Shown: positions 13,441 through 25,000 of the stretch, piece by piece
How the letters are laid out: each line of letters begins with the position of its first letter
Numbering within the stretch: position 1 is the first letter of the stretch
From: Macrostomum lignano
Lineage: Eukaryota
Assembly (NCBI GenBank): GCA_002269645.1
Contig: NIVC01000917.1
Span: 62,001-126,000 of the forward strand
DNA: 64,000 nucleotides
Direction: 5' to 3'
Made by a program: the position numbers and the translations under genes
The notes under the pieces: model-generated
What the model saw: only the letters and a program-made list of their open reading frames with translations
What the model was told of the DNA's origin: nothing
The model's database searches: none

Positions 13441-14104
13441 ATTCAGAAAGATACTAAGACAGAAATTAGGACAGAAGAACAGACAGAGAGACAGGCAGAC
13501 ATACAGACGCAGACAGACACAAACACAGGCAAATAGATAGACAGACAGACACAAAAACATATTTGTAAAAGTTCGTCAATACTCATGAGCCGCATTCCAA
13601 ACTGTGGAAACAAACCTGGAGTTGCAGCTAGGTGCAGCTAATCAAATGCAAAGCTGTATCTGGAACACTGAGGTAATCAGGTGGAAAATAATACCCGCTG
13701 GCCAGATGCATCTGCATCTAACCAAACATATAAAGTCAAGATTCTTAGCAGGATCTGAGCCAATCCAATATCAGGGCTTCTCAAAGCTTTGAGCCAATCA
13801 GATTCCGGCAGAGCTTCATCGAGGAAGACTGCCGTCCGTCTGACAATTCGTATTTTTCTACTATATTATTTCTATACATATCGGTACTATTTTCTAGCTA
13901 GAGAAATTCTACAGATATAGATGATGCATGTTGACAGGGATTATCGCGCCATGCGCTTCAATCACGCCATGGGATAACCTCGCAAGCCAGCCGGCCATTG
14001 CAGCCGACACTGGGTTGAAACAAAATGAGAAAGAGCTTCAAAATAATCCACCTGCTTTAGCACACTGTGTTCTGGAAAGAATCTGGAGCTGGTAATATTA
14101 ATAC

Positions 14105-14411
14105 TACTAATAATATTGGATTGATTACACCCGCCCCAATTGGGTCAGATGTGCAACCGACAGCTCAGCCGCAGCTATTGCGCGGCGCATCTGAAGACTG
14201 CGTACGGCTGTTCAGTCCAAGGACTGGGAGGTCGCCACACACCCTCAATTACCCCAGTTAATGCTGGCACCCATTTTACAGCTGGGTAAACTGAAGCAAT
14301 GCAGAGATAAGTGTCTTGCTCAAGGACACAAATTGTTCCAGTGGGATCGGGAATCGAACCCCCGACATTCAAGTCATGAGTCCGACGCTTTAACCAGTAG
14401 GCTACAACCCC
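14105..14411 (-). mobile_element. SINE family 1, near full-length copy
   Basis: The minus strand reads GGGGTTGTAGCC...GGACTCATGACTTGAATGTCGGGGGTTCGATTCCC, then the central domain, the hairpin and the GGTGTAATC...TATTATTA tail. Confidence 0.88.
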
Positions 14412-14619
14412 TTTTAATAATACTCGTAATTTAAAATTAAAATAAGAATATTAAATTTAGGCAACAATTTATCAATTTGCAACACCAAAATGATATAATT
14501 TTACGCAGCAATCTTTCGAATTTTTTTTCGAATTTCGAGTTTCTCGCTCACACAGGGTACACAACGGCCCTGACTGTACCCCATAGGCGAGAATTACAAG
14601 ACAGGCCCGCGTGCACGAG

Positions 14620-15340
14620 CTCTCTACTTAATGTGGCAGGAATCGAAGCCCGATACTTCGGCTCGATAGTGTTTCTGCATTTCCAGCTTCCAGTGGGTGG
14701 CCTCTTGTATTCGATAATGCACGCAGCGCAAGTGATGCAGAGCTAACCTCAATCCGATATTACCAGTCTGATGCACTATATGCGACATCAATTCCAGCGA
14801 CTCCACAGTTCAGTCCAGTTCCTCATCATCCTCAGCATCATGATGCAGCTGCACTGACTGGGACTGACCTCAATCCTAAGTGATTGCGCCCATATAGAGA
14901 AGAGGGACTATGCCTGGCATAGAATGGATAACGATAGAGGACAGTTAAGCTGATGTAGAATGAGTTAAGCGCCAGATTCCGGATATTAGCCAAATATTTT
15001 ATTACTTCCGATTAGCCAGGTGAGTACAGTGCACACCAGCTCATCATTTTATCTCTGTATCTGCACCAGGGAAAAGCAAATCTGATAGAGACTGAGAGCA
15101 GATGTAGATCTACAAAAATCTGTACAAGATTTACAGTTCAAGCGAATTAACAACAACGCTAAAAACTGATGGCGTAGCCTACTCGCCAAGCGAATTCTAT
15201 AAATGCACAACTTCGTAAAAGAAGGCATCGGAAATTAAAACTGATAGCAGTTGGGAAGCGCTTAATGGCCAATAATACAGAGAGGAAGTTCATCAAATGT
15301 GGGCAGGGGTCACGCTTGGCTATAGCAGACGCCATCTTAG
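14620..15340 (-). pseudogene. Possible highly decayed non-LTR (RTE-like) reverse transcriptase fragment
   Basis: Stop-broken minus-strand translations IFVDL...RDKMM and HDAEDDEELD*TVESLELMSHIVHQTGNIGLRL resemble LINE RT motifs (FVDF..AFD, YADD..L..TVE...GL.IN). Matched by eye only. Confidence 0.3.
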
Positions 15341-15714
15341 CGTCTTCTATCTTTTCATCCCCGTTGCCAAGCAGATCGGGGGGCGGCAGAATCTCCTGGG
15401 ATGGCTCATCTGGAGTGTAGGGAATTATCCAATTTTAGGGATGAGGAAAGTTAACTAAGCTAAAGGATATCGCCATTCTCCTTGATCACTTTTGCTGAGG
15501 ATTTAGATAGCGATTCATTGAACTGAAAATACCAATTGTTTTAGGATGATTTAACTACTGTGAGTAGCATGTATTGACGAGTTGAAAAATAATCGCATTG
15601 GTCTGTTTAAAGATACGAGTAGAATATTGAGCGTAAGTGATCAAGTGTCCATAAAATAGCCTAAAGAAGTGTTCACAATGTCTAGAAGTGTCCACAGAAT
15701 CCAGTAGCACTGTG

Positions 15715-16960
15715 TCCTCAATGAGTGTCCATAGTCTCAAGAAAAGTCCATAGTCTCAATGAGTGTCCATAGTCTCAATGAGTGTCCATAGTCTCAATGA
15801 GTGTCCATAGTCTCAATGAGTGTCCATAGTCTCAATGAGTGTCCATAGTCTCAATGAGTGTCCATAGTCTCAATGAGTGTCCATAGTCTCAATGAGTGTC
15901 CATAGTCTCAATGAGTGTCCATAGTCTCAATGAGTGTCCATAGTCTCAATGAGTGTCCATAGTCTCAATGAGTGTCCATAGTCTCAATGAGTGTCCATAG
16001 TCTCAATGAGTGTCCATAGTCTCAAGAAAATTCCATAACATCAATGAGTGCCCATAGTATCAAGAAGTGTCCGTAGCCTCAATGAGTGCCCATAGTATCA
16101 AGAAGAAGTGTCCGTAGCCTCAATGAGTGCCCATTGTATCAAGAAGAAGTGTCCGTAGCCTCAATGAGTGCCCATAGTATCAAGAAGAAGTGTCCGTAGC
16201 CTCAATGAGTGCCCATTGTATCAAGAAGAAGTGTCCGTAGCCTCAATGAGTGCCCATAGTATCAAGAAGTGTCCGTAGCCTCAATGAGTGCCCATAGTAT
16301 CAAGAAGAAGTGTCCGTAGCTTCAATGAGTGCCCATAGTATCAAGAAGTGTCCGTAGCCTCAATGAGTGCCCATTGTATCAAGAAGAAGTGTCCGTAGCC
16401 TCAATGAGTGCCCATAGTATCAAGAAGAAGTGTCCGTAGCATCAAATGAGTGCCCATAGTATCAAGAAGAAGTGTCCGTAGCCTCAATGAGTGCCCATAG
16501 TATCAAGAAGAAGTGTCCGTAGCCTCAATTGAGTGCCCATAGTATCAAGAAGAAGTGTCCGTAGCTTCAATTGAGTGCCCATAGTATCAAGAAGAAGTGT
16601 CCGTAGCCTCAATGAGTGCCCATAGTATCAAGAAGAAGTGTCCGTAGCCTCAATGAGTGCCCATAGTATCAAGAAGTGTCCGTAGCCTCAATGAGTGCCC
16701 ATAGTATCAAGAAGAAGTGTCCGTAGCTTCAATTGAGTGCCCATAGTATCAAGAAGAAGTGTCCGTAGCTTCAATGAGTGCCCATAGTATCAAGAAGAAG
16801 TGTCCGTAGCCTCAATTGAGTGCCCATAGTATCAAGAAGTGTCCGTAGCCTCAATGAGTGCCCATTGTATCAAGAAGAAGTGTCCGTAACCTCAATGAGT
16901 GCCCATAGTATCAAGAAGAAGTGTCCGTAGCCTCAATGAGTGCCCATAGTATCAAGAAGT
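15715..16960. repeat. Compound minisatellite: 20-bp unit changing to an approximately 41-44-bp dimer-derived unit
   Basis: TCAATGAGTGTCCATAGTC(T) over 15715-16020, then TCAATGAGTGCCCATAGTATCAAG(AAG)AAGTGTCCGTAGCC over 16040-16960. Confidence 0.95.
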
Positions 16961-17581
16961 GATGTCTATCAAATTAGGATCCTAAGGATTCATTAAAATG
17001 CTTATAATAAGCACCATAATAGCTCAAGATGAAGCCAGAAATTGCTTTAAAAATCAACCAAGTAAAGAAATAGCTCGACAAAAGGCCCAACCAAGTAATG
17101 AAATTTTGCGATGAGCAACAATTATATTGTGTGTATATGCCGTTCTTATCTAAAAATGAAGGTGTGTAAAACGTACAATCTTTATGCATAATATATATAA
17201 AACACGTGCAACTTCTGCAACAACAGGTGAAAAATTCGCTATGATTTATCAGAACTTTACGGGAATCTAACATTAATATCATTGATATAATATTATGGAA
17301 CTAAAATAGCGAACAAGTCATGAAAATATGAAGGACACAACCCAGCTGAGAGATAAATAATACAAGACAGTTCAGTGCAAGCTACGGAATTGTTAAAACT
17401 GGAATTCAAAAATACAGATTTTTAAGCTGTCTGCTAGGCGCTTCTCCTAACTTCCTGGCCGCATAAAATATTGCTGGCTGGGAGCAGCAGTTAAAAAGAA
17501 GAAAATGTGATTGCAATGGAGATGAAAAATAAATTGCACTAATGAAGGATTTTAAAGATGGGCCTGCGACAACTGACTGCC

Positions 17582-17915
17582 GACACTAGCCCTGAATTAG
17601 ACTAGCCCTGAATTAGACTAGCCCTGAATTACACTAGCCCTGAATTACACTAGCCCTGAATTACACTAGCCCTGAATTAGACTAGCCCTAAATTACACTA
17701 GCCCTGAATTACATTAGCCCTGAATTACACTAGCCCTGAATTAGACTAGCCCTAAATTACACTAGCCCTGAATTACATTAGCCCTGAATTACACTAGCCC
17801 TAAATTACACTAGCCCTAAATTACACTAACTCTAAATTACACTAGCCCTAAATTACACTAACTCTAAATTACACTAGCCCTAAATTACACTAACTCTAAA
17901 TTACACTAACCCTAA
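17582..17915. repeat. 16-bp tandem repeat CTAGCCCTGAATTACA
   Basis: About 20 copies, drifting to CTAACCCTAA-like sequence at the right end. Confidence 0.9.
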
Positions 17916-18614
17916 CTTACAATACCCTAAAATTATTAAAACCCTAACTACTCGATCGCAAACTAAATCTGAATTTTTCCAAACAGAAAGCTGTCAAATT
18001 GGTTTTCATACTCGTATCATACATATGAAATGTGTAATACATATCAGCTAATTTCAATAATAAAAAGACCACTCGTGTCGCAGATGACTACTTGCAAAGG
18101 TAGTTAACAGTGTGGTAAAAATGATTATGAGGTAAATGTTTTGGAATTTCTGTTGCAACAAAAAAACCTTCAGGATCCATTGGAGTAAAATATAAGAAAA
18201 TACAAAATGGCGGTACAGGCTCTGAATACGGCTCCATTACTTCTGGTGTAGAATATATAGAGAAAGAAAATGTGCAGAATAACAATTTTTGTTATAATAT
18301 CATACTACTAGCGTGTGTGTGCAATGACTAGCTCAACCGAGTAGTGACTAGCGCGTCCAACACAAAAAATAGCATTAAAAGAGAATTTATAAATAGAAAC
18401 AGGATGCAATTAAAAAATACAGAACCAACCCAGAGTGGATTTTAAACTGGCAATGCTTCAACATGGCATAACAAATAATATTGTCAGGAATTTATCTATT
18501 CAGTTATAGTGTACCAAATAATACTGAAATGAGCAATAGGGAACTCTGAATGTGCTTACAATAACACAGTAAGTATATGCCTCAATCTAAATTCTATTAT
18601 CAAAACGCAATACC

Positions 18615-18872
18615 GATTCTCTGGGGAGATTTTATGGAACGATTCTCTATGGGATTTTATGGGGCGATTCTCTATGGGATTTTATGTGGCGATTCTCTAA
18701 GTATGGGGATTTTATGGGCGATTCTCTAAGTATGGGGATTTTATGGGGTGATTCTCTATGGAGATTTTATATGGCGATTCTCTATGGGATTTTATGGGGC
18801 GATTCTCTATAGGATTTTATGGGGCGATTCTCTAAGTATGGGGATTTTATGGGGCGATTCTCTATGGGGATT
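18615..18872. repeat. About 24-28-bp tandem repeat GATTCTCTATGGGATTTTATGGGGC
   Basis: About 9-10 imperfect copies downstream of the CACNB stop. Confidence 0.85.
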
Positions 18873-19089
18873 TTCGAAAAATTTCTAATCGATTTTTTAA
18901 ACTTTTTCTGCAACGATACTACTATAAGTAGGCAGTGAGAATTTCGGCCATAATTTGAACAGCAGGCCAACCAAGTAAAGGTATAACTAAGCATAACTAT
19001 AACTCTATAAATAGGTTACGTCATCAGCTGATTGCCATAAAAAACTTGCAGACTCAGTCCAAGATAAAGCAGTTCTGAGTTGCAACACT

Positions 19090-22000
19090 TTAAATAGGAA
19101 TGGATCCCTGCGGTCGGGGCTGGTTGCCAGGCGGCTGCGGCAGCTGACGCCTGCGCTGCTGCTGAGGATGCTGCTGACCGCCCCGGTCCACCCGCAGCTG
19201 CCGGTCGCTCCGGTAGTCCTCGGGATCGCCGCTCCACAGCCCGCTGCCTGTCGCCGCCGCGGCAGCTCCGGCAGCTGATGACGCGGCATTCGATGGCTGA
19301 GCCGCCTGCTGCTGCTGATGATGCTGATGATGCTGATGATGCAGCATATGCTGATGATGCTGATGACCGCCAGCTGTGGACTGCCCGGACATGCCTAATA
19401 GTCGTTCAGCTTTGCTCAGCATCGAAGGCGGATGAGTAGCACGCCAATAGGCCTCCAGGTATTCAGCCAGGTGTTCGCACGCATCCTCCAATTGGTTTTC
19501 GTCTAGCACCACGTCATAGAGATCCTGGCGGGGATGGGTTGGGGGAACCCGAGCTTGCAGAGAATTCGCCTGATATCAGACTGAAAGACTGAAAGGGAGA
19601 TAGACACAGAGACAGCTAAACCTAGTTACAGGGACACCCTGAGACAGACAGACACCCAGAAACACCCGGAGACACCCGGAGACAGATCTAAGGCACACTA
19701 AGACACCAAGAGAGAAACAGACATTGATAGACAGATAGACACCCAGAGACAGATAGACACGTAGAGACAAATAGACACCCAGAGACAGATAGACACCCAG
19801 AGACACCCATAGACACCCAGAGACAGATAGACACCCATAGACACCCAGAGACAGATAGACACCCAGAGACACCCAGAGACAGATAGACACCCAGAGACAC
19901 CCATAGACACCCAGAGACAGATAGACACTCAAGAGACAGATAGACACGTAGAGACAGATAGACACTCAGAGACAGATAGACACCCAGAGACAGATAGACA
20001 CTCAGAGACAGATAGACACGTAGAGACAGATAGACACCCAGAGACACCCATAGACACCCAGAGACACCCATAGACACCCAGAGACACCCATAGACACCCA
20101 GAGACACCCATAGACACCCATAGACACCTATAGACACTCAGAGACAGATAGACACCCATAGACACCCAGAGACACCCATAGACACCCATAGACACCCAGA
20201 GACACCCATAGACACCCATAGACACCCAGAGACACCCATAGACACCCAGAGACAGATAGACACCCAGAGACACCCATAGACACCCAGAGACACCCATAGA
20301 CACCCAGAGACACCCATAGACACCCAGAGACACCCATAGACACCCAGAGACAGATAGACACCCAGAGACAGATAGACACCCAGAGACACCCATAGACACA
20401 CAGAGACACTCAGGGACCAAAGACTTAGAAACGAAAAGACCCAGACACAGACCAAAAGCTAGATTGAAAGAGACCCACAGACCTGAAGAGTTACCCAGAG
20501 ACCCAGGGTGACAGCATCACAGTAGCATTGCAAGGTCAGCTTACCGCGCTGCACTGCTGCAGTTTCTCGGCCAGGCTCAGCTGTTGCGTCATACTTCTGG
20601 TCTGCGACTTTCCACGACTTTTAATTAGACGCTGCAGCACCTTGAGCGAATTGATTTTCAAATAAACAACAATTGGAGCCAGAGAAGTCTTTGCCAGCTG
20701 GCCGGGATGGTTGATGGTGTCGCAGTCCAGCACCACCAGCTGGAGGGTGCGGGCCAACTCGAAGATGCGCTCGATCTCCTGCTGGACTTCGGCTGGAATG
20801 TTTGCAGAATATAGATATAGAATATAGAGTATATAGCATTTATCAGAAATTGGGTTCAGGGAATAGGACCTGAAATTCAGGGGATCAGGGAATGGGACCT
20901 GAAGTTTAGGGGATCAGGGAATGGGACCTGAAGTTTAGGGGATCAGGGAATGGGACCTGAAGTTTAGGGGATCAGGGAATGGGACCTGAAGTTTAGGGTT
21001 CTGAGAATGGGACCTGACGTTTAGGGTTCTGAGAATGGGACCTGAAGTTTAGGGGATCAGGGAATGGGACCTGAAGTTCAGGGTTCTGAGAATGGGACCT
21101 GAAGTTCAGGGTTCTGAGAATGGGACCTGAAGTTTAGGGTTCTGAAAATGGGACCTGAAGTTTAGGGGATCAGGGAATGGGACCTGAAGTTCAGGGTTCT
21201 GAGAATGGGACCTGAAGTTTAGGGGATCAGGGAATGGGACCTGAAGTTTAGGGTTCTGAGAATGGGACCTGAAGTTTAGGGGATCAGGGAATGGGACCTG
21301 AAGTTTAGGGTTCTGAGAATGGGACCTGAAGTTTAGGGGATCAGGGAATGGGACCTGAAGTTTAGGGGATCAGGGAATGGGACCTGAAGTTCAGGGTTCT
21401 GAGAATGGGACCTGAAGTTCAGGGTTCTGAGAATGGGACCTGAAGTTCAGGGTTCTGAGAATGGGACCTGAAGTTTAGGGTTCTGAGAATGGGACCTGAA
21501 GTTTAGGGCTCTGAGAATGGGATCTGAAGTTCAGGGTTCTGAAAATGGGACCTGAAGTTAAGGTATTTTAAGGAGTTTTAAGTCGGGTGCAAAAAAAAAC
21601 ATTATTGGACAGTTGCTAATCATAAATCATAATGAAATAACGCACCAATATTACTGGCCCGACTGCCCCGTTCAATCAGGGCCCACCGATTCGGATTATT
21701 CAATACGCTGCGCTTAGCCAGGGAGATGTCAGCCGACACCTGAGTGATAATTATTCGACCTTCGAAACGTCGCTTTAAAAAGTCGAACATTGCCCGCTGC
21801 ATCATGTCGGTGACTTCGTAGCCTTTAAGGCTGGGCCCGATCAGCACTACGGGCCGCATGGAGGGCACGACCTCGTACGGGGGTGACGAGTCCGACTGTG
21901 GGTGAGCAGTTTGTGGATAGCTATGCCATTAGAGAGGCGGTAACCAAACACATAAGCCCCAATAGTGCCTGTTCTGCACCCGAATGAAACAATGGCGCAC

Positions 22001-25000
22001 TGGTCCGTCCTGATATTCAACTGGAACTCTCCGCACATTCCCGATCTCAGACCGTCCTGATATTCAACTGGAACTTTCCGCACATTCCCGATCTCAGACC
22101 GTCAACATATTCAACGACAACCTTCGGGAACTCTCCGCACACTTACAGATCTCAGACCGTCAAGATATTCAACGACAACCTTCTGGAACTTTCCGCACAT
22201 TCCCGATCTCAGACCGTCAAGATATTCAACGACAACCTGAAGTTTCCGCACATTCCCGATCTCAGACCGTCAAGATATTCAACGATAACTTTCTAAGGAC
22301 TTTCCGCTGATATCCGATCTCAGACCGTCAAGACATTCAACGATAACCTCCTGGGACCTTCCGGTCATATCCGATCTCAGACCGTCAAAATATTCAACGA
22401 CAACCTTCGGGAACTCTCCGCAAACTTACCGATCTCTGACCGTCAAGATATTCAACGACAATTTTCTGGACTCTCCACTCATATTGGATCTCAGACCGGC
22501 AAGATATTTAACGACAACCTTCTGGGACTCTCCATTCATATTCGATCTCAGACCGTCAAGATATTCAACGACAACCTTCTGGGACTCTCCATTCATATTC
22601 GATCTCAGACCGTCAAGATATTTAACGACAACCTTCTGGGACTCTCCACTCATATTGGATCTCAGACCGGCAAGATATTTAACGACAACCTTCTGGGACT
22701 CTCCATTCATATCCGATCTCAGACCGTCAAGATATTCAACTACAACCTTCCGGGACTCTATACCCCGTATATATAAATTACAGTCCTAATGTTTAACGGA
22801 CATGACAATTAAATAAATAATAATTATATACTCCTAATATTAAAACTTGAGCAAGCAAAAAGGCAACGCCCAACCAAAATAGAACAAATCAAACAAAATA
22901 CTCGTGTTTGCTCGTAGTTACAGACAGAACCTAAAAAACGTTAAAAAAAGAGATCAGACTAAAGCTGCATTCTAAATTTTCAACTGGTAGATTCTCAAAG
23001 TTTAGCAAGTAAAAAAATAAAATTTTATTTCTGATACACACAGGCAAATTGTGCATTCAAAATCCTTAAAAATAATTTTCAATCATAAGTTTAAAAAAAA
23101 AACTGGTACCCAACGAAATAAAAATTTGGAGAGAAAATGCCCACCGCATTTGAGTCGATATAAACAAGCCATGCTCAAGGTAAATCCCATGATGTGGTCA
23201 GGCATGTACAGTCTCTGTGCCTTGGGGGTTGGCCTCGATGGAGAACTCAACTGAAAAGCTGGGTAAGAAGACAATCAGGCAGAGAGAGAGAGAGAGAGAG
23301 AGGAGACACGAGAGGCGGACAGTGGAACAGAGCGGACTGGAAGACACAGACAGCTATTACCATAAAGTGCACGGTGGGACCCGTGTACTCCTCTGAGGCG
23401 GCGCGCGGATAGAACACATATCGATCGGTGCCTCCGTAAGTAACCTGGGGCCGGGCCAGTCAAGTCAGTATTGCATAGCATTATTGGCGCTATGGGTGTG
23501 TGTTAGAACAGCATAACAGGGCAGAGAGGCAACACAGGCTGCAGTGCCTGGAGCGCAGCAGACTGTCAACTGTTTTGACAGCTGCGAGGGTTAACGCCTT
23601 GACAATTGCTTTGTCTCAGCCGGGAGTTGGGAATAGAAAAAGTATGCGCATAAAATTTCTAAGCTTTCAAAGGCTTAATAGCAGGTGTTTCTACAATAAA
23701 AACGGAAAGTTGCTAACAGAATTTTTTTGAAAAATGTTCCAACCTTCTTAAAAAACGCCTTCTTTCTGGCTGCATCGCTTCGGCCGATTGTTGCGCCGCG
23801 GCCGAGCGAGTCGCTGTCAGCCTTGTCCGACTCTTCGGCCACGTCCACCAGGGGGCTCTGGACGGGTGGGGTGCCGCCTGCGGAGGGGAAAATGGGGGGT
23901 GTTGAGATGTCTCTCACGGTCCACTCTACCACTCTAATATGGGAGAATTCTCCCCATTCTACCACTCTAATATGGGAGATTTCTCCCCACTCTACCACTC
24001 TAATATGGGAGATTTCTCCCCACTCTACCACTCTAATATTGGAGATTTCTCCCCATTCTACCACTCTAATATGAGAGATTTCTTCCAAAATCTACTACTC
24101 TAATATGGGAAATTTCTCCCAAAATCTACCACTCTAATATGGGAGATTTCTCCCAAAATCTACCACTCTAATATGGGAGATTTCTTCCAAAATCTACCAC
24201 TCTAATATGGGAGATTTCTTCCAAAATCTACTACTCTAATATGGGAAATTTCTCCCAAAATCTACCACTCTAATATGGGAGATTTCTCCCAAAATCTACC
24301 ACTCTAATATGGGAGATTTCTCCCCATTCTACCACTCTAATATGGGAGATTTCTTCCAAAATCTACTACTCTAATATGGGAGATTTCTCCCAAAATCTAC
24401 CACTCTAATATGGGAGATTTCTCCCCATTCTACCACTCTAATATGGGAGATTTCTCCCAAAATCTACCACTCTAATATGGGAGACTTCTCCCCATTCTAC
24501 CACTCTAATATGGGAGATTTCTCCCAAAATCTACCACTCTAATATGGGAGATTTCTCCCAAACTCTACCACTCTAATATGGGAGATTTCTTCCAAAATCG
24601 ACTACTCTAATATGGGAGATTTCTCCCAAAATCTACCACTCTAATATGGTAGACTTCTCCCCATTCTACCACTCTAATATGGGAGATTTCTCCAAAAATC
24701 TACCACTAATATGGGAGATTTCTCCCAAAATCTACCACTAATATGGGAGATTTCTCCCCATCCTACCACTCTAATATGGGAGATTTCTTCCACTCTACCA
24801 CTCTAATATGGGAGGTTTCTCCCAAAATCTACCACTAATATGGGAGATTTCTCCCAAAATCTACCACTATTATGGGAGATTTCTCCCAAAATCTACCACT
24901 CTAAAATGGGAGATTTCTCCCAAAATCTACAACTCTAATATGGGAAATTTCACCCAAAATCTACCACTCTAATATGGGAGATTTCTTCCAAAATCTACCA

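Noticed and set aside
10498-13560. PFYST, SVSVLV and CLSV ORFs as membrane or mucin-like proteins
   Set aside because: They derive entirely from simple repeats and use non-ATG starts.
23275-23500. Alternative CACNB HOOK exon candidates
   Set aside because: The splice-like sites give an in-frame stop or the wrong exit phase.
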